Part shown: positions 1 through 13,489 of the stretch, piece by piece | Layout of the letters: the number at the start of each line of letters is the position of its first letter | Position numbering within the stretch: the first letter of the stretch is position 1 | From: Rhina ancylostomus | Taxonomy: Eukaryota | Direction of reading: 5' to 3' | DNA length: 64,000 nt | Assembly: GCA_030265395.1 (NCBI GenBank) | Contig: JARFYF010000094.1 | Span: forward strand, 20,021,526-20,085,525 | The notes under the pieces: generated by a model | Seen by the model: only the letters and a program-made list of their open reading frames with translations | Told to the model about the DNA's origin: nothing | Databases searched by the model: none | Made by a program: the position numbers and the translations under genes

Positions 1-360
1 TAAAGCCATGCCCTCTCCTATCCAAAAGTCTCTTAAAAGTCCCTATCGTATCCACTTCCACCACTAATTCCGGCAGCCCATTCCATGCACTCACCACTGT
101 CAGAGTAAAAAACTTACCCCTGACATCTCCTCTATACCTAATCCCCAGCACCTTAAACCTATGTCCTCTTGCGGCAACAATTTCAGCCCTGGGGAAAAGC
201 CTCTGACTATCTACCCAATCAATGCCTCTCATCATCTTATATACCTCTATCAGGACCCCCTCATCCTCCGTCGCTCCAAGGAGAAAATGCCGAGTTCACT
301 CAACCTCCTTTCATAAGGCATGCTCAGCATTCCAGGCAGCATCCTTGTAAATCTCCTCTA
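1..360 (-). mobile_element. CR1 LINE, 3' part of ORF2 and 3' UTR (truncated at window edge)
   Basis: Minus strand gives the CR1 ORF2 C-terminal pattern (LERRRMRGxLIEVYKMMRGID, GHRFKV, KFFTLTVVSAWNGLP); CpGs retained, so relatively young. Confidence 0.85.
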
Positions 361-599
361 ACGTGGTAAAAGATTTATATGTTCATCTACAGACTGCAGA
401 ACCTAGATTTTCACCTAGCTGAGCCAATGTGAACAAGGCAGACAGTTAGAGGTGTGTGCCTTGTTCCCACTGTGTTTTTGCTCCATCCCACCTTAACTTC
501 ATGCAAAACAGGTGCCATTCTTATCTCTCACCTGTTTACATTATTACCATTCCAACCATAGCCAGAGAACCATGAGAAATGTTTTCACTTCTCAGGAGA

Positions 600-690
600 A
601 TTTCAAGCACTAACTGGAGGAGCAGCACCTCATTCTCTGTCTTGGAACCTTGCAGCCTAACGGCATGAACATTGAATTCTCCCACTTAAA
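600..690 (+). mobile_element. Penelope-like element, end of GIY-YIG endonuclease ORF (fragment)
   Basis: Translates LEEQHLILCLGTLQPNGMNIEFSH, the same C-terminal motif seen at 41780-41860, 46645-46720 and 56876-56921. Confidence 0.75.
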
Positions 691-3600
691 GCACAATAAT
701 TAATTTGCTGCAACTCATTTAATCTTGAGAAGCCAGGCCAATACATTAATAATTTGTTATCTCTGTTGATGTGGAGGCATTGCTCAAAGAGGTACTTCAG
801 CCAACAACAGGTTGGGTTATCAGACAAAATGGGGTATTTTGTAACTGAATACAGTTCTTAAATTATTTCAGTTTCATGCTGCAGTCTTTTGACAACATTT
901 AACAAGTAATGTCTAATCTTCCATTGTCCAGTGAAAAGCTACAAAATTGAATCAATTTTGCTTCTCAACTTGAAACTCATAGATGGGTTATTTCACACAT
1001 AATGAAAAGTTAGGTACTGACTTTTGATCAGCTAGACATCTGTTTCAGGGTTCAAGTCAGATATTTTCAACACTGGAGATTTCATCTGAAAGATTACTAC
1101 AATAAGAAGGCAGAGTGTTTATCACTATGTCTAGTACTGTAGATGTGGCAATATTGATGAGATAACATCACTGTTCGACTTTATTAAAGTAACATACAAC
1201 ACTGATGCATACTTAAAAATGCTTCTTATCCAGCTGAATTTTGGACAGGAAGGGAAATTAACCCCTAAGGCAACCTCAATATTTTTTCCAAAGCTATGAT
1301 TAGGCACATCTCGGTAAGTTCTGTAAGGTGTAATTGTCACTACACCACAAAATAGCAACCCAATTTAGTCCTGATAGCTCTGGCCAGGAAAAACACATAT
1401 ATACCAAATATCTCATTTGGGGCTATAAGAAATTTAGGACAAAATCCACTAAAGTTCCTTGTAAAGTGTAATCAAGCATCACATTCACTTCATTTTAAGT
1501 CTGATGTTTCTATTCCTGTTAGTTTGGGAGGTTACATTCTTTATATTGGTTCTTGGGGGTAGGAAGGAGAGTTAAAGAATCACCATGTACTGCCTTACAG
1601 CCCTATATTTCCCCTGTTTATACGGAGACCTCTGCAAGAACCAGTTGAGGTAACATGTCAATGGATTTGGAAATACATATGTGCAAGTGCCATCTTGATC
1701 ATATAGGGCTGGTTAATGACTTTTTCAGTTTTCTTTTCAAAAAATGCTAAAAGAAATTGGAAATTTCAGCATCAAGTCTGTAGTCATTAAGCAAATAAGC
1801 AGGATGAGTGTAGACTGTTTACAGGAATAGGAAAGATAAAATGTAAATGCATCTTTATCTAAACAGGGTTCAAGCCTAAACACTATATAACCATTTAATT
1901 ACCTAAGACACCAAAGTGCTTTGACTGGATGTCAGAGCAATGATGATGGGAGGCCTGTGCGTAACTTTTGGAACCTTAGTATTGAGCAATTGAATCTTAA
2001 TGATACGTGACAGATTAAACAAAGTATTAGTGATGCTGTATTAGTTGAGAATTATGATTCACAAGGTTNNNNNNNNNNGCTTACCCGAGGAAATCGAGCG
2101 AATGCAATCCAGGAAAGTTTTCTAGAATGTCACAATACCATTGACTCTGGTTAGCGTCTGAGATTCAGAAGCCCACGGCAGAAAAAAACAGTAAGTTTTA
2201 TCCAGGTAGAATCTACGAATCTCTCAATACCCCAAACATTTTGCAGATAGTTAAAATTATTAATACCAATAAATCTAAGTGATCTGATTTCAAACTTATT
2301 CATCATTGAGCACAAAGTTCTAAAAACAATCCTTTTGCAAAATCTAGGCCTACACATATCAAATTGGATAAATCAGCATATCAAAACAATTGTGCATATT
2401 CAATTGAGATTTCTGGGATTTGAAGGACAGTTGCCTGGACTTGGAACTGCTGTGTGGATTCTTGTGAGTTAGAGTAGCATAACTTTGATTTATATACTTT
2501 ATGCTTTAGATGCACGTTGGAATAAATTTAAATGAAATGAATGATTGCCATTAGCAAATAACCACACATGAGTGTTCTGCACATCAGTACAATAAGTAGA
2601 TTTTGTGTGGGAACTGGAAGGCTATGCGATGCATCCCTTTTATCCTTTTTGTCTGTGGGATAGGTTTTGTGGCAATGATTTTAAATGTCAATTCTCAATG
2701 CAATGCTCCCCACTCCTGCCTCACTTGCCAGTTTTCCCATCCCCAACACCACCACACCCCCCCGCCGTGACCTGTGTATTTTGTGGATTAAATAATATTA
2801 TGTTTTATACTACTTGCTTTTGGAAACCACCAGAGGGTTTACTTGGAACATGGTAGAGCTTCAAAAATATGTGCAAGATATGATCATAAAACTTCATTGG
2901 CAATAACATGTAGCCATGTATTGTTGGGTTGTCCAGTGCTACAAGGAATGAAATTAACTTTGAAAATGAATGCTGCTCAATTGTATCCAAATTAGAAGAA
3001 ATAAAGCTAAGCCAAGATAATAACTGGATCAAGCATTGAAGGAATAGCTTCTGCAAAAGTGCTATCACCATGTTTGAAACAAATCTTCAGATATTTTGAC
3101 ACTGCCTGTTTATTGCAGGTAGGCCAGACAGTGATAATAATTCTGATTCTGAAAAGCACAAGTGTTGGTGATGTGCACCAGCTTAGACTGGATGGGGATT
3201 TGAACCAGTGAAATGTGGAGCAGACCATCAGTGAAGATATTTCACACAAACTAAACAGTTTCTATCCTTCAACTCAATGATAGGTGATATTACTGAAGGA
3301 GTTTATACTCTGAAAATACAGCAAAGGAGGCCCAAAGCATTGTTTTTGAAAAATGGCAGTTCAAACAAAAATAAGAGAGCAAAATATGCATAAATATCTT
3401 TTTGTAACACTGCACAACAAAATTGTTAACGCATTGAAAAAGAATGTATCTATGGCATAACCATGCATGACACCCAGGGTTATTTTCCCTCTGCTGTTTC
3501 TCACCTATTTGTAAAATAACGCGATTAACAAAATGCAAAAATATGTTACAAATTGTGTAGTATGACCTGTGATGGTCTTGTCAGTGAATTTATGGAATAT

Positions 3601-6600
3601 GCTTTCACCATTTTAAGATGACAATAATACATGCACTGTTAGTGGCGATAGATAAGCCAGATGTTATAGTCACAGAAAACAAAGATGTTTGTAGGCTTTA
3701 TAAATGGTTGTCAGTTCCCCTTTAATTGCCCTGTCATTATGAATGGGGTAGGGTTGAATATGGACAGCCTATTCAAAACAAAGCTCAGACTATTATAATG
3801 GAGTTTGCATCTCAGTAGTCTGGTTACAGAATGAAAAATAATCTCTCATTGGTAAATCCTCAGCTACAAAGAAACCACAAACTCAAAAGAAAAACCAGAA
3901 AAAAAATGAGTTGTGGTTTCATGTTCACTGTTACTGTTTTCCTTAGAATATTCAAATGAAAATTGTCATTTTTTGACAATGTTGAAATAAATTCTCCCAC
4001 TTTTTGAGACAGTTTTATCAAGGGCTCTGTTTCACTTATCATAGAATTTGTTGAGATTCATAAGGTTAAGGAATGAGGTATAAAATCTTTTAGACATAAA
4101 TTTAAATCACATCATATTATTCAATAATTATTTACTAAAGCAGCGCCAAGCTCCAAAATATTTTGTGGAGCTGACATTTTTGTTAAATAAGGAAAAAAAA
4201 TGCATACAAATCAGAACAGACAATTCAAAGCAGTTATTTTGTGCATAATGAATTTTCAGAAAAAAACTGATGAAGGAACAGAAAGCTTTAGAAGACTAAA
4301 GCTTCTGAAAGCTTCAGTTTATATTACTGGCCTCTCTCTGCCCTTCCACACAGCTTAGTATTTTCAACATAACATTTTGGCTCTTTAAGTCAGATATAGA
4401 TTGTCACTTTCTCTTGGATAGGTGTGAGAGTGACATAATGACTTCAGGGGTTCAAATCCCACATTGCTTGCGAATTATTAGGACTCTGGTCTCCAGGGAT
4501 TCTTGTGTATGTCCCAGAAGTCAGGTGAGAGTGGAATTGGAAGAATATGGATAACACTTTTCCTATACCATTTGAAACCATTTGTGAGTAACAAACAACA
4601 AGAATGAAAGAACTAAAAACATGGATAACATATTTCAAGTAAGGTTAAAGGGATCAGAACCCTGCAGGTGTCAGAACAATTTCAGAGTTCACAGTGACTA
4701 GGTTGACCTTATTGTTCAACTGGACTACATGAAGTATAATATAGAACCAAACATATTTAAGTGAATTAGTATTAATTGCTGTTCAAAAGGTACAAGAACT
4801 TGAAGGAACAATGTTCCTTTTCCTCCTAAATCTGATGAGATAAATGTGATGTTGTTGAACCCCTTTTATCCAACTGTTCTTAGCAGTCCTTAGTTAAATA
4901 AAATGCGCCATGGTCTCCTAACTTATTCCAGTAAACTGATAGAACAAGACTGTCTTTGTATTCAGCACTAATCTAGCCATCTTACTTAGAAAGGCAGCAG
5001 ATGAATAATGATCTGGGAAATGGAAATGTTGCACATGCAGGGGGTACTTTTATTGGTATTAGGCATCACTATTGGAGTGAAGAAGTAAACATCCCTGTTA
5101 CCGAGCCTTTCCTTGCCTTACCTGTTTACATATAATTTTAAAATGCAAAGTAAAATGTCATATTTAAAAATGTACAGGTAGTATAAATTATGATCCACCA
5201 TGGACTTATTTATTATTGATCTGTTTAGTAAAAGTACGTACAAACAAACCATACTGCAAAAGTTTGTGATGTACTGTGCTAAAGGGGGAGCTGTGAAGAC
5301 TTGTTGCATATTATTTTGAAAACAGTACATAAAGTACAAATCAAACAAAAGAGATACTGTTTCTTTCAAATTGTAGAAGATTGAAGTAAGGAATCTGATC
5401 AAATAAATTTCAGACAAGCAATGGCCTTTGTTCATCATTTGGGGTTCAACTTGAAAACAGAAAAAACATTACATCTTCAGTGCTGTCTCTCATTTGTCTG
5501 TAAATTCTATTCAAGTTTTAACATGAAGACTTCAAACTAAAAGGTAGCTTTAGGACATGTTTATAAAATGAAAGTAGAATGTGGTATTATTATCTGACCT
5601 CAAAATTAATTAACTCTTTAAGACCTGATAATCCAGAGGATTTGACTTCTGCTAGTTATTTCTGGAATTTAATTCATACTAACATAAAATAAAATAAGCA
5701 CTGAAAACATCAAAAGATTTGTTAGCAGTCTGCCTATAAATGTAACTCAGCAAAATGAATTATGAAGTCTTATTACAGTTTTAGGATGTGATATATCCAA
5801 CAGGAACCATGAACCATTTCCTTTGAGCAGCTGCTCACCTCGACAAAGTGTCAGTGCTTTGATTGATGGTAACTGGTTTGTAATTTTCCCCTCATTCTGT
5901 ATGATTACAGCACAATGCAAAATTGTTAACTATGTCTTCATGAAATTAATGTCTTCACTACACAATTTCCTGAGACAAAAAAGAAGCCAAAAACATCTGT
6001 GTTCATTGCACTAATTAAACCTTACATCAAGATTTAGATGACTTTATCAGTATGTGTATATTACTTGATGGTTCTTTTGTTTTGTCATTTTAGAGGGGTT
6101 TTGTGCCTTTAAGACATTTAGAATTATGCTGTCAATTTTACATTTTTAGATTTAAACCCATAGTTGTTCATTGGTTGCAAGAAGCTGATGATTTGATGGC
6201 TATCATGGAGAAATAAGCATTAGTTGATGACTTAGGTGTTGTGCTCTTTTTCCTTAAAGATGTCCAACAACACTTGTTATTAAAATGCTATTTAAAATTA
6301 CAAGATGCAATGCTGCTGTTGGAATAATGACAGTGGTTAGTTATAAAATAGCAAGTTCAGGCACTGCAGGTATATGTTGAATAAATTAATGTCAACAGAA
6401 TTATTTAACCTAATGACCAGCAACTCAACAAGTGTGTTATTAACTGTTCAGATCTGAGCAAGTTGCTGAACTATTTATTATCAACAGAATGGCAACCTGA
6501 AATAAAAGTAAGGGTCTTGGTTCATGTGTAAATTTAGTTCCAGTCCTTTTAAGAATGACTTGTTGACATTTTCTTCAGTATTTAGTTATTTGCACACCAC

Positions 6601-8102
6601 CGGTTAAATTATTCATCTTCTGAAAGTCACCTTCTTGTACATAAAATATGGACCCAGACTAATTTATTTTTATCTGTAAGGTCACAATAGAGTAATAAAT
6701 AGGATTATGAGCTAGAACAAAAAGGTGTGCTTTCTTCCAGACCAGTGATCTGCATTCTAGTTACAAGTTCACCATTTGTTGATAAAGTGAAAACAAATCA
6801 TATTGTCCAATTGTCTTTTGCACTTTGTTACTCACAGAAGTCAATGTACCTATCGTAAAATATTGTAAAAAAAAGTCTAAAATAACAAATATTTTACCTA
6901 TTGAATGTATGGTTGGTCTGACAAACATAATCAGTTTGCTGATTAAAGTCAACCATAAGCTGTTAAAAATTAAAAGTTAAAAAAAATTGTGAAATATTGG
7001 AGTAGCTTTTTAGCAATATACCATGGAACAAACAATAAAGCTTTTACTAGATATAAAGTCAAGAGTCACAATGTTTATTCAAGTACCTAACTAGAGTCAT
7101 GGTAAGATTCCCTAACAAAGCAAATACTGAATTTTTGCCAACTTTGATCATTTTGGATTAATGTCTAGTGCGGGTTGTCAATATCTATAATTTGATGGCC
7201 CTTCATCTTCCAGCATTTAGCTGAAGAAGAAAAAATGTGCAAGAATTAATGCCTGGGGCAGACAAACAGATGGTGGTTTCCACCTTCAGTGTGTGGGCTG
7301 CAATCAGCGTGAAGATCGGTGGGTTCCAAAATACCTGGGCAAAATGTTCCTCCAGAATATCCCCCAGACAATGAAAGTGAAAATTGAGCTACAGTATTGA
7401 TAAATTTAGTCTACAGTTCAAGGGATTTGTTGCTGATCTTTACTTACACAGCCCCTTGTATTTTTATGTATTAACATAAGATTAATCTTCACAAATGATT
7501 TCAGAATATTTTACACGAGAAATTTATCTCTTTGTCAGTGGTGTTAAAACCTAGAAAGTAACAACAACACATTGAATTGTTGGATGAAGAATACAAACAC
7601 TGTCACTGTAATATAATAAGGCTGAATTCCCAAGCATTAATGTGGTATGCTTGATATTTCAGGACTAGGTTATTCAACTATCTGAGCTCATTTCACCATT
7701 TTGTGACACTATGTTATCTATATCTTAACTCTATCCACCCCTTATAGTTCCATATCCCTTACTACCCATGAGCCTAGATATTGCTTTGTAACTTTTAATG
7801 GCATCACAAGAGTGCTGGTATCATTCTAATAACTGTTGGTGAAAGTCACATAAATAGAGTGGTACTCAGTTTCCAGGCTCTCACTGAACATCGCCAGGTT
7901 TCCCTGTGTAATGCTATACTGTATTGGTTTCAGCACTGATCTGTTGCAAGTTCTCACCACTGCTGGCATTTAGCAGCACTTCTCCAGCTGCAGGTGATGT
8001 TGCTGCTCAGCGAGCGGATGCTGCAGTGATGGGTGGGGGAGACAAGTTGAAGTAGGTGATAGGAAAACGGTCATGGAGGTTCAGGGGGAACTGCATAGGC
8101 CG

Positions 8103-8250
8103 GTGAAGTATGATGCCTGCAGGAGGCATGTTCTTAGTGTGAGGGTGCCACAGAGATCTTCCAGTGATATAGCCAGGTGCTTCTGGCAGGAGTTTGCCAG
8201 GCAGGTCTCCATAACGAGTGAAACTACACGAACATCAACACTTTAGGAAG
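8103..8250 (+). pseudogene. Decayed Myb/SANT-like ORF fragment, probably PIF/Harbinger ORF2
   Basis: Frame from 8103 reads VKYDACRRHVLSVRVPQRSSSDIARCFWQEFARQVSITSETTRT, resembling the W-x-E-x-A-x-x-V-S-x-x-S-x-x-x-R-T trihelix motif. Confidence 0.35.
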
Positions 8251-8602
8251 TTTTGCCTCCTTCTGTGGGCTGAAGGAACCGTTGATGAAGTCTTTTCCCT
8301 TTGAATATGGAGTTTGTGTGATTTCCCCCCCTCCCCTGGCCTTATAGAGCAGGGAGCAGAAAGCTGTGAAATGTGGCAGGGATCAGTGGCAGACTATAAC
8401 CTTGACCATCACAGACAAAGCAGTCCAGACAAATTTGTAAGACTGTATTTGAGGTCACAATTCTCAACAAGGAGAGCAGTATTGGCCTTTAAGTAGCACG
8501 TTTTTAGGGGAGCAGCGACAGTTAGTGTTGCTTGTTCTATAAATAAACAAGAACTGTCATTTTTCAGACCAGTGAAGTTGAAATTCATGTTGAAGATGAA
8601 TT

Positions 8603-8705
8603 AGAGTCATAGAGTAATACAGCATGGAAACAGGCCCTTCAGCCCAACTTGTCCATGCCGATCAAGGTGCTTTCCTGAGCTGGTCCCATTTGCCTGCATT
8701 TGGCT
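8603..8705 (-). mobile_element. CR1 3' terminal fragment
   Basis: agagtcatagag...acagcatggaaacaggcccttcagcccaac...cccatttgcctgcatttggc; near-identical layout to the CR1 3' end at 49630-49740. Confidence 0.75.
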
Positions 8706-9844
8706 TATTGTGTGTGTTACACTGCTGATAATGTTATCTGGGGGAATTTCATGAAGAAAAAATGACATATGAATATTCTACTGAGAAGTCAGAGATCAAA
8801 TTTCTTGAGGCTTCCAGAAAGGGAAAATGGTTTAACCAATTTTCAACTGCCCAACACTTAGATGAAACATTCAGACATTTGGTTCATTTCCATTTGCAAC
8901 TGGAGGACTACTTCTTTAACTCCTGCTTGGGCAAGCCTTCATCCTCCCATTAAAGGCCACTTTTTCTAGTTGAGACCAACTTGGTTTCTTCAGTGTGTGT
9001 GCATGCTTCAGTTTTGAAACAACGACATTCAGCGTGCATTATCTCCTGACTGACATCACTGCAGTGTGTTCAGTGGCTTACATGCATTGGCACAATGTGC
9101 TCACTGAAGCCAGCAATTAAATTTCACATACTGCCAAGCACACTTTGTGATTGATTTTGCATTTCCATTCACTCCTGGGCCGGACCTTCTGAAAAAGCAG
9201 AGCTCCCTTTGTGCTGCACCACAGGATTGGTTTGAATCACATGTGCAGTTCCCTGGAGTGGACTGTGAGTCCATGACTTTCTGAGTCGTTGGCAATACTG
9301 CTACTATTGAGCTGAATGTAGTGCAATGTAGGTTGTTCATGACATTAGTTGTGTTTCACTGTTTCACTGTTTACTTTAGACATAGTTGTTCACTATTATT
9401 TTACAATGATGCTGAAGGAAATGGCTTTAGGGCAATACCTGATTATGCCTGATAACTGAAAGCAATGTTAAGAATGCTGAACATAAAGTTAATTATAGGT
9501 ACTTGGAGGATGATGCTTTTCTAATGCAGTCTACTCACGACTTACATAAAACCAAATTCATAATTCTAGTCTTTATCCTCCCTAATAAATATTTGGCAGA
9601 TTATTTGCTACACAGGAGCCTCACAAGTTAATACTAATCATCAAGTGTAAATATAATGCCATTAAAAGAAAATACTAAGCTCTGAAAGAAAATTGGAGTT
9701 AAACAATACTTAGAAGGTATAAGTGATTTGAACATATGACACAAAATAATCCAATAAATGCTTCCTTAATTTCACCTTGTTCAATATATCTTTTTCTTTT
9801 ATATACATTATTTGCTGCAGACACTCTACAAGTCAAAGGGTTAG

Positions 9845-10500
9845 GACATCGAATTGTCACAGCACAGAAAGAGGCCATTTGGCCCATTGGGTCTATGCAA
9901 ATTCCTAGTAGGCCTTCTCATGAGTCCCATTCCTCCAGTCTTTCCACATAGCCCTGCAAATTATTCTCTCTCAAGTGCCTACCCAAATTCCTTTTCAAGA
10001 CACAGACTGATTCTGTTTCCACTACCCATATGGCAGTGAATTGAGATAACAACCACGCTCTCAGTACATCCCTCTGGTATCTTTTTTACAAAATTTCACA
10101 CATCCCTCTGGTATCTTTTTCACAAAATTTCAAGATTTCAAGATTTCTTTATTTGTCATTGTACTGTTGCAGGACAACAACACAACGAAATTACGATGGC
10201 ACTCCCTTNNNNNNNNNNNNNNNNNNNNNNNNNNNNNNNNNNNNNNNNNNNNNNNNNNNNNNNNNNNNNNNNNNNNNNNNNNNNNNNNNNNNNNNNNNNN
10301 NNNNNNNNTTATGACTATAAAATAAAACAAACATACTTACACAAATATAAGGTATATAAAAAAAATAAGAGGCAGTGTGCAAATGTACCATTATAATAAT
10401 AGTAATGATGATTTATGTGTTCCCTGATCCTTGATGAGCCATTAATGGGAACAACATCCCTCCATCTATCCTAACTAAACCACCCATCCTGTTCACAATA
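9845..10500 (-). mobile_element. Old CR1 3' end, interrupted by a Rex1/Babar tail and an assembly gap
   Basis: acagcacagaaagaggccatttggccc...ccctgcaaattattctctctcaagtgcctacccaaattcc is a CR1 3' UTR pattern; similarity resumes at about 10420-10500. Confidence 0.55.
10128..10208 (-). mobile_element. Rex1/Babar-type LINE 3' tail running into a gap
   Basis: Short tandem tail (ttcaagat)n followed by tttatttgtcattgtac, the same organisation as the Rex1/Babar tail at 47735-47800. Confidence 0.5.
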
Positions 10501-10534
10501 CTCATAGTGCCCTGGGTGGAGACAATTATAATAA

Positions 10535-10800
10535 TAAGCTAAAATTTGCTGATGATACCAAGCTTATGATACTGGGTGTAGCCAGCTGATAAAGGTAAGA
10601 AAGTAAACAGCAAAAAGGCAAGTCTGGAGCAATTAAAAATGAAATAATAACTTTAATGTATTTATAAACAAGATAATAAATATTGGAAACAGCAAGATGT
10701 GCCTGATGAGAGAATTTTTTTATATAAGAATATATATAATCCTCTACAGAGGTAATTAAATGCTGGGATCAATTTTATGAGCTTTTGATTGTAACTGTCA
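10535..10800 (+). mobile_element. Highly decayed CR1 RT fragment
   Basis: aaatttgctgatgataccaagctt = KFADDTKL, the CR1 RT catalytic motif. Confidence 0.55.
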
Positions 10801-11126
10801 TTCTGCACTGCAATATTGGCTGCTGTTTGTGTTCTCATCATAGTCTAATTAAACCCAATTAACTTCGTTCACTTGATGGTGAATAAAGCTGGAGAATGTG
10901 TATAAGTGCCTTAATCATCAAATCTTGCATTTCTGAGTTCCATTGAAGATGTCTGCAGCCTCCCTCCAGAAACCCCTTTACCACCTACCTCTGTGGCTCC
11001 TGGCATTAGTGTCCAACAGAAAAGGCCGTTGTTTCCAATAGCAGCACTTGCATCCACCCTCATCCACTTGGCAGCTATGCACCCCACCACTGATACCATA
11101 CCTTCCTCTGCCTTGCTACATCTAAT

Positions 11127-11392
11127 GGGGCGGCACGGTAGTGTAGCGGTTAGCGCAACACTATCACAGCGCCAGCGATCGGGGTTCGATTTCCATCGCT
11201 GTCTGTAAGGAGTTTGTATGTTCTCCCATGTCTGCAAGGGTTTCCTCCGGGTGCTCCGCTTTCCTCCCACATTCTAAAGACGTACGGGTAGGTTAATATG
11301 GGGTTTAAAATGGGCAGCGCGGACTCGTTGGGCTGGAAAGTCCTGTTACCACACTGTGAATAAAATTTATAAAATTAAAAAAAAAATTTAAA
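11127..11392 (+). mobile_element. tRNA-derived SINE with V-type central domain
   Basis: 5' ggggcggcacggtagtgtagcggttagc (A box), ggttcgattt (B box), central gtttgtatgttctccc...gggtttcctccgggtgctccgctttcctcccaca, then aataaa and an A/T-rich tail. Confidence 0.85.
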
Positions 11393-13489
11393 GAAATCAG
11401 GTGGAGGGAGAATTGCAAAAACAATCAGTAATGATAGGAAATTAAATAAGGCACCTTTCTGTAGAATACTGGCATTGTAGACATGCTGGCAGCAGTTCCA
11501 GTTGAGTGAAGCTCATTCATAAATAGATGTTAAGACCTGATTCAGTCTTCTCTCAGATGGAATTTAGTACAAGGTACTTAAAGTACTCGATGTAGTTCAG
11601 ATGAAATTACTGTCCATATCCAGTGGCCTCTGTGTACTACCAAATCACACACAGAAATGCCAGCATTGATTTCAGCCCACAGACATTTGCTCTATTTTGA
11701 ATATAGCTTTTCATAGTGAATAACTAGGACACCCTGATGTGGATGTGTCAACCAAACATGACACATTTCCCATAACATCCCACCAAACATTTATAATTGG
11801 CACAATTATGAGGTTCATTCATTCGTGCCACTTACTGCAAAATATGGTTCACTCCTTCAAATCATGAAGCACCTCCTCACTAAATTCCCATCTTCAATGG
11901 TGACCTCAAATCCTTAAGTGGAGTTGGAACCAATTTACAGACTCAGAAGGAAGAGTACAAACTGAAAATAAAATTTTTTCTAAAGAGAATAAATTGATTC
12001 TTGCATTGTTTTTTGCTATTAATGCATTGTATTAATCTGGTTCTGCACAAGATAGCACGATATTGCCTTGCAAGTGATGTATTAATTATTTCATCAAAAT
12101 ATTTTAAATTTGTAGGACATGTGGTTATAAATGCCAAAAAGGCTAACTGCATAATAAAGCATATTATGAATAAATGTTAAGTAAAGTTTAATTCAATCCA
12201 TGATAGCTTCATCAAATTATAATCTATAGAATTATTTGTTTTTAGGAATCAGTGAATAATTGAGGAAAATTTAAATAGAAAAAGTACATTTCAGACTTTG
12301 CTCAAACCAAAATCTGTTGTAGACTTAGTTTTCCTAACTAGCATAATCCATATTGAAAAGATATTACATATTCAAACAACTGAACAATATATTGTGCTAC
12401 CATTTGGTACATGCTTTTTCAACATGAACACACCTTGAATCCTTCTTCAAGAATTCAGACTTTGACAGTTCAAGTATTTTTAGTTTACAAGACTAGTCAT
12501 GCTAACACAGTGAGTATTGGCCACACAGCTTTGTTGTANNNNNNNNNNNNNNNNNNNNNNNNNNNNNNNNNNNNNNNNNNNNNNNNNNNNNNNNNNNNNN
12601 NNNNNNNNNNNNNNNNNNNNNNNNNNNNNNNNNNNNNNCTTTGTTGTAAAATTCTCCACCTGTGCCACTTTAGTTTTTTTACTGATTATGGGATTTTGGG
12701 CTTCCTTTGAAAGAAAAACCAAAAAATAAACAAAATAATAATCTAGACATGTTCTTACACTGTGGAGATCATTTTATAAGTTTTTGAAATGCAAAGGAGT
12801 TTGACATTTATTCTTTCTGGGTACTGACATGTAATATTTTTTAAAAAGTGAAGCATTTACAGAAGTGAAAATTCCTGTGATCTTTTCACAATTTATGTTA
12901 TGAAGAAATGATTATTCAGTCATTATTTGTGATTAGTTTCTTATATAAATCAAAGAATTTTAGCTTCATAATTTCAGTATTGGGTAAACCCTGAAGCATG
13001 CACTCTGACCTTCAATTCTGTGAAGTTATCACATCCAGAAATAATTCTTACCTTTTAGGCTCATCTATATCACTTATCAGATCATCAAGGACCTTTGTTA
13101 ATGGCAATAAAAACTCAGTGATAATGTACTATCCTATTTTTTTAAAACATTTTTAAAGTAAAAATTGATTTCTCTCATGTGGGTTATTTAAATTACACAT
13201 GAAATGCAAAAAGGGCTTCTTTTATAATGAAATGGTGTTCAGGTCACAGGGAGCTTTTCCAGAGGCATCTATTCAGAATGAGTCTTTAGAACAAAATTCT
13301 GTCATCCACATCCCCACTGTCTCCAGTAGCTCATCTCTAATGACATATGTATAGCTCTGGAAAGGATGCAGAAAGACAGAGCATGTGCATGAATGGGTCA
13401 GATGCTGGCAGCAGGAGGTTTGAAAGAGCAAGGAGAAGCATACTCCCACACACACCCTCACAATGACAGTGAGGGAGATCCATGACTGA

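Noticed and set aside
11127-11200. tRNA gene
   Set aside because: A and B boxes are present but run directly into a SINE body; no complete cloverleaf. The same applies to 24942 and 59625.
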